A DNA stretch of 64,000 nucleotides from an uncultured Methanoregulaceae archaeon (GTDB lineage Archaea; Halobacteriota; Methanomicrobia; Methanomicrobiales; Methanospirillaceae), in contig OY970061.1 in NCBI GenBank assembly GCA_963705255.1, positions 1,440,001 to 1,504,000 on the forward strand. The letters are read 5' to 3'. Positions 12,104-23,100 of the stretch are shown here, piece by piece. The notes below the pieces were generated by a model. It saw only the letters and a list, made by a program, of their open reading frames with translations, did no database searches and was not told where the DNA came from. Positions within the stretch are counted from its first letter, which is position 1. Each line of letters starts with the position of its first letter. Made by a program: the position numbers and the translations under genes.

Positions 12104-12177
12104 CGGGCCTGAAGGGATTTGAACCCTTGACCTGCGGATTAAGAGTCCGCCGCTATGCCGAACTAAGTGACAGACCC
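12104..12177 (-). tRNA. tRNA-Lys(CTT)
   Basis: GGGTCTG...CAGGCCCG acceptor stem, anticodon arm GCGGA-CTCTTAA-TCCGC, T-arm AAGGG-TTCAAAT-CCCTT; no encoded CCA. Confidence 0.93.
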
Positions 12178-12234
12178 AAGCCAGTTAGACCTAATAATGT
12201 GGTCGATAATGCCGAATAAATGTTTTGGAATGGG

Positions 12235-12402
12235 GAGGGTCATCAGACCCGACCCAGGAGAAGACCGAAGGTCTTCGACCAAGCGGTTGAAAGTGAGGGT
12301 CATCAGGATGTCGAAGGTCGGCTTCTGCCTCCCTTCTCCTTCTCGGGGTTTGATAACCCCTCGAACCTTGAGGATAAGAAGAACTCATCAGAGTTCTTCG
12401 AT
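12235..12402 (+). repeat. Hairpin repeat family copy (ATCA-loop and GAAGA..TCTTC hairpins)
   Basis: GGGTC-ATCA-GACCC, GAAGACC-GAA-GGTCTTC (12260-12276) and GAAGAACTC-ATCA-GAGTTCTTC (12378-12399). Confidence 0.7.
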
Positions 12403-12469
12403 TGGCCGAATTGCATATTGACGTTTCCATTGGAATCCCTTAATATCCTGCAATGTACACTTCTGTATC

Positions 12470-13939
12470 ATGCCTCAGGAGACCCCGCTCGGGCCGTCGG
12501 GACCGGCAAAATACTGTATTTTCGGGTGCGGGACAACCGGCTACAACATCATCCTCGAGCTGGCAAAGGAGAACGAGGGCGTGGTGATGGTGGACAGAGA
12601 CGAATCACGGGTCCGGCACCTCCGCGACCAGAAATACGACGCCTACCAGCGTGACCTTACGTCCCCCGACCTCCTCACAGGGCTCCCCGTCTTCGAGATC
12701 GCGTTCGTCATGACCGGGGACCCGGACGCGAACCTCACGGCCGTCCTCACGATCAAGAAACGCTACCCGTCCGTGCAGATCGTTGCCCGCGCCATCGACC
12801 CGGTGAGCGGCCAGAAACTCACCGCCGCCGGGGCAGATTTTGTCCTCTACCCGCAGGAGGTGGTCGCCCGCTCCGCCGTCCTCCAGATCCGGAAGCAGCA
12901 CTCGAGCCGGATTTCCCAGCGGCTCTTCACCATGCTCGCCGGCTGGGAGGGGACGTTCGGGATCATCACCCACAAGAACCCGGATCCCGATGCCATCTCC
13001 TCTGCCATGGCCCTCGCGGAGATCGCAAAGCACGCAAACCCCAAAACCCTCACTCCCCGGATCTTTTACGAGGGCAACATCGGCCACCAGGAGAACCGGA
13101 CCTTCGTCAACCTGCTCGATATCAAGATGGAGCACCTGACCCCCGAGGCGCTCTCGGCATGCACCTACCTCGCCATTGTCGACTGTTCCGCTCCCGGCGC
13201 AAACAACGACATCCCGCCCCAGACGAAGATCAATGTCGTCATCGACCACCACAAGGAGGGCAGGCACGTGGCGTCTCAGGGCATGTTTGTCGATATCCGT
13301 CCCGGTGTCGGGGCGACGGCGAGCATCATGACCCAGTACCTGCAGGAACTCGACGTGCCGGTCGACAAACGGGTGGCGACCGCCCTCCTCTACGGAATCC
13401 GAACGGACACCAAAGAGTTCACGCGCAACGTGACGCCGCAGGACCTCAACTACGCGGGTTTCCTCCTGCCGCTGACCGATGCCGACCTTCTCGACAAGAT
13501 CATGTCGCCGTCGATGTCGCAGGAGACGCTCGACGTTATCGGCAAGGCGATCCACGAGCGGAAGGTCCAGAGCGGGTACCTCTTCGCGAACGTCGGGTAC
13601 GTGATGAACCGCGATGCCCTCCCGCAGGCGGCCGATCTCCTCATCACGCTCGAGGGCGTGAACACGGCGCTTGTCTACGGGATCACGGACAACGCGATCG
13701 TGATCTCGGCCCGAAACCGCGACATCCGCCTCCACATCGGCAATGCGCTCTCCGAGGCGTTCGGGGAGATGGGCGACGCGGGTGGCCACCCGAACATGGC
13801 CGCCGCCACCCTCCCGCTCCACTATTTCGGCAGAGTGGAGAACAAGGCCCAGCTGCTCGAGATCGTGATCGAGCCTATCCTCAAGAAGTTCAAGAACCTC
13901 GTGGGGCTGGAGAACGAGGGCAAAAAGAATGGGACCTGA
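12470..13939 (+). CDS. DHH-family phosphoesterase with N-terminal TrkA-N domain
   Basis: GCGTTG Rossmann motif, HKNPDPDA, IDHH, GIRTDT and GGH. Confidence 0.9.
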   Translation: MPQETPLGPSGPAKYCIFGCGTTGYNIILELAKENEGVVMVDRDESRVRHLRDQKYDAYQRDLTSPDLLTGLPVFEIAFVMTGDPDANLTAVLTIKKRYPSVQIVARAIDPVSGQKLTAAGADFVLYPQEVVARSAVLQIRKQHSSRISQRLFTMLAGWEGTFGIITHKNPDPDAISSAMALAEIAKHANPKTLTPRIFYEGNIGHQENRTFVNLLDIKMEHLTPEALSACTYLAIVDCSAPGANNDIPPQTKINVVIDHHKEGRHVASQGMFVDIRPGVGATASIMTQYLQELDVPVDKRVATALLYGIRTDTKEFTRNVTPQDLNYAGFLLPLTDADLLDKIMSPSMSQETLDVIGKAIHERKVQSGYLFANVGYVMNRDALPQAADLLITLEGVNTALVYGITDNAIVISARNRDIRLHIGNALSEAFGEMGDAGGHPNMAAATLPLHYFGRVENKAQLLEIVIEPILKKFKNLVGLENEGKKNGT

Positions 13940-14078
13940 ATCCCGGCAGTTCGTTCCGTGTCCGCGAACACCGGCAAGGGACCCGGGTGCAGGGATGGAA
14001 GCAGGCGGGGAGTTCCATGCAATTCGCTGATACGAAACACCATCAGGTGTTGAGGATCGAGAAATTCATGAGGCAATC

Positions 14079-14699
14079 ATGAATTTTGAAGTGTGGGAGC
14101 CCCACTACCTCAAGATCCTCGACTACTTCGGGTTCGACCGGGCAGGGGACGAGGAAGCAGCCCGGCTCCTCGCCTCGCTCATGACCCGGGACAACCTCCT
14201 CTCCCTCGCAGCTCTCACCTGCGGCAACGAGGTCACCGTGTGCGGGAACGCCCCGTGCCTGAAAGATGAGCTCGGCAAAGTCCGGGGGATCGTTTTTGCC
14301 GCCGATGCCGCTGCCTACGTGCTCGATACCCATGGCATCCGCCCTGACGCGGTCTTCACCGACCTTGACGGGGCCACGGACCGGCTCCCTGAACTGAACC
14401 GGGAGGGGACGATCGTTGTAGTCCATGCGCACGGCGATAACATCCCGCTCCTGAAGTACTGGGTGCCGAGGTTCCCCGGGCCGCTCGTGGCCACCACCCA
14501 GGCCGCTCCTCTCCCGCACGTCCACAACTTCGGGGGGTTCACGGACGGCGACCGGGCCGTGTTTGCAGCAGACGAGCTCGGGGCCTCCTCCGTCACGCTT
14601 GCCGGCTTTGATCTCGATGACCGGAACGTCGACCCGCTCAAGCAGGGCAAACTCTTCTGGGCCCGGAAACTCCTTGCCCTGATCGGCCACCGCGTATGA
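14079..14699 (+). CDS. mptE: 6-hydroxymethyl-7,8-dihydropterin pyrophosphokinase (DUF115)
   Basis: AADAA, TDLDG, HAHGDN, NFGGFTDGDRA and GFD motifs. Confidence 0.85.
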   Translation: MNFEVWEPHYLKILDYFGFDRAGDEEAARLLASLMTRDNLLSLAALTCGNEVTVCGNAPCLKDELGKVRGIVFAADAAAYVLDTHGIRPDAVFTDLDGATDRLPELNREGTIVVVHAHGDNIPLLKYWVPRFPGPLVATTQAAPLPHVHNFGGFTDGDRAVFAADELGASSVTLAGFDLDDRNVDPLKQGKLFWARKLLALIGHRV

Positions 14700-16338
14700 G
14701 CCCGGACGCGTTCATCCTCGACGGGTACGTGGACGAGCCCGCATGCCTCGGCGTCCCGCCCTACCTCTCGCCCTATATCCGCACGGTGGCGGGGGCACTC
14801 ATCGGGCACGGGTATACGGTCAGCTACCTTACCATCGACCAGCTCCGCTCCGACCCGCAGCAGGTCAACCGGATGAACCGGGCCGACCTGTTCGTGATGA
14901 TCGCGGGTGTCACCGTGCCGGGAAAATATCTCGGCGGCACACCGGCAACGCTGACCGAGATCCAGCAGGTCGGGCAGATGGTGAGGGGGCCGGAGAAACT
15001 GGTCGGTGGCCCGATCGGGTTCGGGTACGCTGCCGAAGGCGGGCAGCGGGCGGTCCGGCAGGTGATTGCCGGATTCGATGCCCTGCTGACCGGAGAACCG
15101 GCGATAGCTCTCGACAACTATCTCGCCGGAAATGATCCGGACGGCATGCTGGACTATTCTCGTACCGACCCGTGGAGTGTTACGGGGAGCAGCATCATCC
15201 GGCAGCACCCGGACTACCCGTACGTGATGTGCGAGCTCGAGACCGCCCGGGGCTGCGCCCACGGGGTGACGGGCGGATGTTCGTTCTGCACCGAGCCGTT
15301 CTACGGGGTGCCGAAATACCGGGAGATCCGCGGGATCGCGTCAGAAGTTGCAGCGCTCCACGCCTACGGCGCCCGGCACTTCCGGGTCGGGCGGCAGCCG
15401 GACATTCTCACCTACGGCGCCGGTGCCGGAGAGTACCCGTACCCCGCCCTGACCTGCTCGAGGAACTCTTCTCTTCGATCCGTGCTGCGGCCCCGGACCT
15501 GAAGACTCTCCACATCGACAATACCAACCCGGCGACCATTGCCCGGCACGAGGAGGAGAGCCAGGAAGCACTGCGGGCGATCATCCGCCACCATACCCCC
15601 GGGGATGTAGCGGCGTTCGGGATGGAGACGGCCGATCCCGCCGTTGTGGCGGCCAACAATCTCAAGGCCGGGCCGGATGAGGTCTTCCGGGCGATACGGA
15701 TCGTCAATGAACTGGGGGGTGGCCGCCGTGACAATGTGCCCGAGCTCCTGCCGGGGCTCAACTTCGTCTGCGGGCTCACCGGAGAGACCGGGAAGACCTA
15801 CGAGCTGAACGAGCAGTTCCTCGTACGGGTCCGGGATGCGGGCCTTGCGGTGCGGCGGGTGAATATCCGGCAGGTGATGCCGTTTGAAGGCACCCCTGCC
15901 TTCATGGACAACACCCTCGGGAAATACGAACGCCGGTTCCGGGTGTTCAAGGAGTTCGTCCGGACGAAGATCGACCTCCCGATGCTCCAGCGGGTCTTCC
16001 CCATCGGCACCGTGCTCCGCGAGGTGAGAATCGAGGTGTCAGGGAACCTCTCGTTCGGGCGCCAGATGGGGTCGTACCCCATTCTCGTCGGCATCCCCCT
16101 CAGTCTTGACCGGGGGACCGTGACCGATGCCGTGGTCGTGGACTGGGGCATGCGGTCGCTCACGGCCCTGCCGGTGCCGGTGAAGATAAACACGCTGCCG
16201 GCGTCTGCCATCAGGTGGCTGCCGGGCGTGGGAAAGAAGCGGGTGGCCGCCATCATCGCGAAGCGGCCATTCAGGGATCTTGAAGCGTACCGGAAGGTGG
16301 CGGGGACAACAGCGATTGATTCCCATCTCGTATTCTGA
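14696..16338 (+). CDS. Radical SAM protein with C-terminal TRAM/HhH-like region; frameshift near 15439
   Basis: DGYVDEPACLGVPPY start, ELETARGC...GGCSFCTEP, GRQMGSYP and LPGVGKKR. Confidence 0.85.
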
Positions 16339-16404
16339 AAAAGTAGTCCGGGTTCATTTTACTCTTTGCTCACATTGTCAACAGTAAAAAAGGGGGATAT
16401 GGTA

Positions 16405-17151
16405 TCATGGTATACTCTGGGCATGGTCTTCAGGATCCAGCTCCGGGGAGATCTTCCGGTACTCCAATCCACGTGCCAGAAAGACAAAGCCAATGGCCGG
16501 CAGTAAAATTGCCCCGTAGAAAAGACCAACGAGCATTATCAGCACATCGGCCGGATTGAAGTTCATGAAATTGTCATGATACGGTGATGTTGGAGGCGGG
16601 ACATAGGTAATCATGTACCAAAGCAGACCGACCAAAAAAGCAAGTCCGATGATCCCGATCGCTGATGATACCCTGATAATCGTAGCGGATATACTGCCAC
16701 AGGTTTTTCTCCAATAGTTCAGGAAATATGCCGCACAGGCAGGCAGCGCCGCGTACGCGAGTATCGCTCCGATGATTGCGGATATCAGGGATCTTCTCGC
16801 CGGGTCTGAAGGTTCATAAAAAGTGTAGATGACAAGCAGGACGCCAATGATACCCATCACAAAACAAAGGGGAAGCCCATCCTGCCAGCGCAGGGATCGT
16901 TTCTTCATCCTCCTGACCAGAAGGACACTCCCGGCAAACGAGACGATCATAAGGACTGCATAGAAAAATGTGCCATTGAAAATATACATGAAACCGGACT
17001 CCGGAAAAAAGAGCATCTTTGTTCCCGGAATCATATCAGCAAAAATTCCCGCTGCCAGGAAAATATACAGGCCAAAGAACACTGCCGACACGAGGATAAA
17101 CGGTGTGGAAAAATCGCGACAATCTGTCAGAGGCTTTCCGCTCATATCCAT
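16405..17151 (-). CDS. Hypothetical multi-pass membrane protein (AT-richer than flanks)
   Basis: Intact ~248-aa ORF with about six hydrophobic segments. Confidence 0.7.
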   Translation of the reverse strand: MDMSGKPLTDCRDFSTPFILVSAVFFGLYIFLAAGIFADMIPGTKMLFFPESGFMYIFNGTFFYAVLMIVSFAGSVLLVRRMKKRSLRWQDGLPLCFVMGIIGVLLVIYTFYEPSDPARRSLISAIIGAILAYAALPACAAYFLNYWRKTCGSISATIIRVSSAIGIIGLAFLVGLLWYMITYVPPPTSPYHDNFMNFNPADVLIMLVGLFYGAILLPAIGFVFLARGLEYRKISPELDPEDHAQSIP

Positions 17152-17274
17152 TATAAACAAAGAGCGTCCCCTTAATTTAAATATTTTTTGAAATATTTTT
17201 TACAACTAATAGTATATTGCTGGAAGAGATCTTCTCTGTGCCAGGTCCGATCCCTATCCAGATTACCCATGAGC

Positions 17275-18408
17275 CTAGATCTGCTTCAGTTCCGTGACCT
17301 TGAGGATATCCGTCCGGGTCACGATCCCGAGGATCTTCCCGTCCAGCACGACCGGGATCCTGCCGATGTTCCGTGCCGACATGATCCGCAGGGCATCAAT
17401 GACCGGAGCGGTCGGCGGGAGCGTGATCGGGTCGCGGGACATGATGTCCCGGACCTGCATGGCCTCGCGGTCGATCGACGATGTCCGGTTCACATCGGCG
17501 AGGGTGACCATGCCGATCAGCGTGTCCCGTTCGACAACCGGGAAGCCGAGGTGCTTGCTCGTGTACATCATCCCGATCACCTGGCTCACCGGGATGGTGG
17601 GGGGGACCGTGGTGACCGGCCTGCTCATCATGTCGCCCACCGTGACGTCCTGCAGGAGGTGGCTGTATTTTACCGCCGTGGACTCCATGTTCGCCCCGAT
17701 GTAGATGAAGAGCGCGATCAGGATCAGGAACGGTGAGAAGGCAAAAAGGCCGATGATCCCAAACAGGATGGCAAACCCCTTGCCCACATCGGCCGCGATC
17801 TTGGTTGCACGGTGAAGCGGCATCCGCTTGGCAAGCCATGCCCGGAGTACCCTGCCCCCGTCCATGGGAAATGCCGGCAGGAGGTTGAAGAAACAGAGGA
17901 TGATGTTGAGCATGCCGAGGTAGCCGAACAGGAAGACCAGCACACCGGCGGTCCCCGGGCTCATGGAAAAGGACGGGACTGCATACATGATCCCGGTGCA
18001 GACGATACCTACGACGAGGCTTGCGATCGGGCCCACGAGCGCCATCGGGAGCTCGATCTTCGGGTCGGGCACACCCTCTTCCATCGTGGCAATACCGCCG
18101 AAGATCATGAGCGTGATACTGTTGATCGCGATCCCTTTCCTTTTTGCAACGAGCGAATGGGCGAGTTCGTGCACGAGCACGCCGGCAAAGAGGCCGAAGG
18201 CTACGATCGTACCGAGGATATAAGGTATAAATCCTGCCGTGATCAGCGAGGTATCGATCGGCACCTGGAACACCTCGGTAAGCATACCCGTGGTCAGCGT
18301 AATCTGGCTGCCGATGATCCAGGCAAAGAGGGGGATGACGAGCAGGAATGTGTAGTGAATCAGGATCGGAATCCCAAATAAGTGCCCGATCCGAAAAGAC
18401 CCGTCCAT
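17275..18408 (-). CDS. M50 site-2 zinc metalloprotease with CBS domains
   Basis: HELAH, NLLPAFPMDGG and a tandem CBS pair. Confidence 0.93.
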   Translation of the reverse strand: MDGSFRIGHLFGIPILIHYTFLLVIPLFAWIIGSQITLTTGMLTEVFQVPIDTSLITAGFIPYILGTIVAFGLFAGVLVHELAHSLVAKRKGIAINSITLMIFGGIATMEEGVPDPKIELPMALVGPIASLVVGIVCTGIMYAVPSFSMSPGTAGVLVFLFGYLGMLNIILCFFNLLPAFPMDGGRVLRAWLAKRMPLHRATKIAADVGKGFAILFGIIGLFAFSPFLILIALFIYIGANMESTAVKYSHLLQDVTVGDMMSRPVTTVPPTIPVSQVIGMMYTSKHLGFPVVERDTLIGMVTLADVNRTSSIDREAMQVRDIMSRDPITLPPTAPVIDALRIMSARNIGRIPVVLDGKILGIVTRTDILKVTELKQI

Positions 18409-18459
18409 AACAAAGGATTATCTTTTTAACTCTTAAGTATATACTTTCATCTGATAACG

Positions 18460-18723
18460 ATGGAAACCCAGATTACCGAGTTGTTCGGGCTCCAGATCTA
18501 CACGGACAAAGGCATGTTTATTGGCGAAGTCGAGGATGTTGTCATTGACGTGGACCAGAAAAAGATTGAAGTTATCGTCGTGGGAAAGGTCAATGAGGAG
18601 CTCTTCGAGATGAAGAACTTCAAAGGCCTTAAGATCCCGTACCGCATCATCAGTGCAATCGACGACATCGTCCTGATCCGCCACCTCCCCGGGGCTTTCA
18701 CGAGCGGAAGCGCGGAAGAGTAA
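18460..18723 (+). CDS. PRC-barrel protein (possibly CdpB-like cell-division factor)
   Basis: ELFGLQIYTDKGMFIGEVEDVVID...IPYRIISAIDDIVLI. Confidence 0.85.
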   Translation: METQITELFGLQIYTDKGMFIGEVEDVVIDVDQKKIEVIVVGKVNEELFEMKNFKGLKIPYRIISAIDDIVLIRHLPGAFTSGSAEE

Positions 18724-18786
18724 CGCAGCGGACGAGGAACAGCGGGATCCCATCCATATTGTCCTGTACTCCCGCATGGTCATCCT

Positions 18787-19519
18787 ATGGAAAACCGGGA
18801 AATATTTTCAGCCATCTCCGCCATTCCTCCTGTTTTTGTCCGGCTTGACGGCCGGGCATTCCACCGGCTCGTGGAGAACCTCGGGCTCGAGAAACCCTTC
18901 GACGAATTCTTCAACAACGCGATGGTCACGGCCTGCACGACGCTGGTTTCGGAAAGTGGGCTCAACCCGGACTTTGCCTTCACCTTCTCGGACGAGATCA
19001 ACCTCTGGTTCAGCCGCCTTCCCTTCAGCGCACGGGTGGAGAAGATCGATTCGGTGGCCGCATCGTTCGCCGCAAGTTCCCTTACCCTCGCCCTTGGCGG
19101 CACGTCCATCCTCTCGTTCGACGCCCGCGTTATCCCGGCAACACCGGAGTACGCGATGGAATATCTCGCAGACCGGCAGAACGAGGCGTGGCGCAATCAC
19201 CTGAACGGCTACTGCCAGCAGGCCCTGATCGAGGAAGGCCTGAGCGCAAAAGAGGTCTGCGGCACAGCTCAAAGGACTGCCATCAAAGAACCTCCACGAG
19301 ATGATGCACGCGAAGGGTTTCAACCTCGCCATGACCCCGGCGTGGCAGCGCAGGGGGGTCCTGGTCTACAAGAAACTCAAGGAGAAGGAGGGGTTCAATC
19401 CCGTCACGCAGGAGAGCGTGGTCACGGAGCGGAGTGCGGTGACCGTGGACTACGATCTCCCGCTCTTCTCGAGCCCGGAAGGGAAGGAATTTTTGAAGAA
19501 GGTGATCTCAACTGGCTGA
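18787..19519 (+). CDS. tRNA(His) guanylyltransferase Thg1-like protein; frameshift near 19256
   Basis: VRLDGRAFH, FSDEIN, FDAR and EAWRNHLN; the other frame continues LHEMMH..G.N...PAWQRRG. Confidence 0.9.
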
Positions 19520-19848
19520 TTTTTGTAGTCTTTCTCAATCGTATTATCTGGTTTTTTATCATCTTTAAGATCCGTTTCGACGATGGGGCAGATGGCTCGA
19601 TCTCCCCGGCAAGGATAGATGCCTCCGCCTCGAAGGATCCTTTCGGTTCTTCCGGGCCTTATTCCTGTCGCGATTGCGGAAGCAGCCAGAAATGTAATGC
19701 CGGGTGATTACCGTCATAAACTTTTGAATAGCGCTGATAATATGCATTTAAACAAAATTCAAACAAGAATTTGACGATATTTAAAAATCAAAAATATTAA
19801 ATACATTGAAAGATTATTATCAAATAACCTGTTAAGGGAGGTGATCAA

Positions 19849-19926
19849 CTGATTGACTGGGTGGTATTCTTGAAAATCGACAGAGCAATCCTCCAGGGTA
19901 TCGTGCAGAACCTGCCACCCATATAA
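19849..19926 (+). CDS. Candidate 25-aa small protein (CTG start) MIDWVVFLKIDRAILQGIVQNLPPI
   Basis: GGAGGTGA at 19837-19844, 4 nt before CTG; AT-rich promoter-like region upstream. Confidence 0.35.
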   Translation: MIDWVVFLKIDRAILQGIVQNLPPI

Positions 19927-20199
19927 CCGGACGGCCGGATGCTTCGGGATAAATTCACCTCCTCACCTCCACACCTCTTTTCGATTCGTGGACCGGTTCA
20001 TATAACCCAAAATCCCACCGGTTTTCCGCAGGCATGCCGGCCATTGAACAAAGAACAAGGCAATGATGCCGGACTGAACGATGAATTTCCTGCCCCTTTA
20101 CCCGGGCCCGGGTTGTGCAGGACTCATGACGGTACCTGACCGCTAGGCTTTGAAATTCCAGAGAACGGAATATCCACTGAAAAAGAGACTGACAGGATT

Positions 20200-23100
20200 T
20201 TATTCTGTCTTTGCAATCCCGATCGTCATCGCCACGCCCTCGACGTCCCATTCCTTCACGGACGTGTAGCGGGCAGGGTCCGGCTGTGTCCCGTCCCTGC
20301 TGAACCCGAAGAATGTTGCCCGGACCTCGTCGCTGATCATCGCTATGATCTCGTTGTCGAGAAGGAGGGTGAGGACCCGCTTGTCGTTCACCGCAACTTC
20401 CACGTTGATGAAGTCCTCGACCGCGAGGTCGAGCTGCCGCCGGGTCTCCTGGATCCTCCGGATCACTTCGCGGCCGTAGCCTTCCGCCTCGAGATCGGGG
20501 GTGAGGGAGACGTCCACGTACACGGTCGCATCGGTCATGGGGGCCGAGAAGATGTCCGCGGGGAGTTTCTCGGAAAATGTAACGTAGTCCGATCCAATCT
20601 CGAAGTCTGTGTTGCCGAGCTTCACGATCCCCCCCTCGATATCGATCTTTGCCTTGAGACGGTCCCCGTCCTCCTTCTCAATAAGTCCCTTGACCGTGAA
20701 GGAATCCTTGCCGAACCGTTTACCGAGCGCCTTCATTACGGGTTCCACCTTCCACCCGATCCGCTCCCACCTGCCCATGACCACCGAGACCTTCCGGGCA
20801 TTTGCCCGGTCCATGCAGACCGGGTTGAGGCGCTCGATCGCGTCTTTCACCGGCTCTGAGTCCGTCACAACGACCACCTCGGAGACCGGCCAGCGGAGTT
20901 TCCGTTTGCCGGCCTGGCGGGCGTTGGCGCATGCCTCGTCGAACGAGCGGACGATCCCGACTGCCTCTTCCAGCGCCCTGTCCACGAGCAGCGGCTCGCC
21001 GGCGTCCCAGTCGAGGAGGTGGACGCTGGGCAGGTCGTTCCGGCACCGCAGGTTCCCGTAGATCTCCTCGGTGATATGCGGGCAGAACGGGGCGAGGAGC
21101 TGGCTGAGCCGGCGCATGACATAGTAGATCGTCTCGTACGCGAAGACCTTCTGCTCCGACTCGCCCTCGAGCCACATGCGGGGGCGGACGAGCTGGACGT
21201 ACCAGCGCGAGAGGTCCTCGAGGATGAAGCTGACCAGCTCGCGGGTGGCCCGGTGGAGCTGGCACTCCTTCATCGCGGCATCGACGAGCGCGGCGACCGA
21301 GTTGACCCGGGAGATGATGAACCGGTCCTCGTCGGGCATCTGCCGGAGGTGCGCCCTGATGTACGCATCGTCCCAGACCCCTTCCTTCGAGGCCGGTTCG
21401 AACCTGTCGAGGATCATGTAGGGGAGCGGGAAACGGTACACGTTCCAGAGGATGTTGACCGCCCGGTTGATGGTGCCCACGCCCTCCCAGTTGAACTTGA
21501 GGTCGTCCCACGGGGCGGAAGAGGAGAGGACGTAGAGCCGGAGGACGTCGACCCCGACCTTTTCGATCACGTCCGTGGGGTTCACCACGTTGCCGAGGCT
21601 CTTGGACATCTTTTTGCCCTCAGCATCGAGGGCAAAACCGTGCATGCAGACGCTTTTGTAGGGCGCCTTTCCGAATGCGATCGTGCTCGCGCCCAGCTGG
21701 GAATAGAACCACCCGCGGGTCTGGTCCTGCCCTTCGGTGATGAAATCGGCGGGCCAGAGCTTCTCGAAGTCCTCCGTCTTCCCCGGGTAGCCGAGCGTGG
21801 CCCACGAGGCCACCGCTGAGTCGAACCAGACATCGAAGATGTCCTCGACCCGCTTCATCGTGCCGCCGCACGGGCACGGGATGGTCACGCCGTCCACGTA
21901 CGGGCGGTGGGGATCCTCGAGCGGCCTCCCGCTCCGCTCCTCGAGCTCGCGGATCGTGCCGATGACCCGGTACGAGTCGCACTTCGGGCAGACCCAGACC
22001 GGGATCGGGATACCCCAGTAGCGCTGGCGGGAGATGCACCAGTCGCGGGCCTCCTTGATCCAGTCGTAGAACCGTGCGCTTCCCGCCCAGTCGGGATACC
22101 ACGTCACCTTCTCCACTTCCGAGAGCATCAGGTCCCGCATCTCGGAGGCTTTCAGGAACCACTGCGAGGTGGCACGGAAGATGATCGGGGTCTTGCAGCG
22201 CCAGCAGTGCCCGTAGCGGTGGGTGACCGTCTCCTTCGCAAAGAGGTGATCACCCAGGGCCTGAAGGACGTTCACGTTCGAGTCCCGCACGTACTGGCCG
22301 GCGAACGCTCCTGCCTCTTCCCGGAATTTTCCTGCGCCGTCCACCGGGCAGACAATGGCGAGCCCTTCTTTGGTCCCGAGCACGAAGTCGTCCCACCCGT
22401 GGCCGGGCGCAATGTGGACCATGCCGGTGTTTTCGAGAGCGACAAAGTCCGCGGTCACGACCTTGTGGCTGATCTCCCGCTGGAGCGGGACGCAGGATGC
22501 GAGCGGGGACTCGTACTCCCACCCCGCGAGCTCGGCACCCCTCTTCGTCTCAAGCAGGGTGAAGTCCCTGCACCGCCCCTTCTTGAGCACCGCCTTCACG
22601 AGAGGCTCCGCGATCCAGAGGATCGCCTCATTCTCGCCCTTCTTTGCGAGCACCTTTGCGTACACGAAATCCCTGGCCACCGCGACCGCGACGTTTGCCG
22701 GCAGCGTCCACGGCGTTGTCGTCCAGATGAGGAGGAACTCGTTCGTCCTGCCCTTGAGGGGGAACCTGACGAAGACCGAGGGGTCGTTCTCGTCCCAGTA
22801 CTCCACCTCTGCGTCCGCGATCGCCGTCTCGCAGCGGGGGCACCAGTTCACGACCCGGTGCCCGCGTTCGAGCATCCCGCGGTCCTCGGCCCGGGCGAGC
22901 GTCCACCACGCCGCTTCGATGTATTCCCGCTTGACGGTCTGGTATGCTCCCGGGAAATCGAGCCAGACGCCGAGGGCAGCGAACTGGTCGTCCATCAGTT
23001 TCTTGTTCGTCACCGCGAACTCGCGGCACTTCTCGATGAAGGGCTGGATGCCGAACTTCTCGATATCCTTTTTTGACGCGAACCCGAGGGCCTGCTCGAC

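Noticed and set aside
12150-12170. A10-C25 mismatch in the tRNA-Lys D-stem as an editing site
   Set aside because: A single mismatch in an error-prone sequence cannot be distinguished from a base-call error.
8379-12177. tRNA-Lys as integration site for the ABC exporter block
   Set aside because: No convincing duplicate of the tRNA 3' end and no integrase was seen.
18787-19519. Pyrrolysine read-through in the Thg1-like gene
   Set aside because: The break is a one-base insertion near 19256, not an in-frame TAG.
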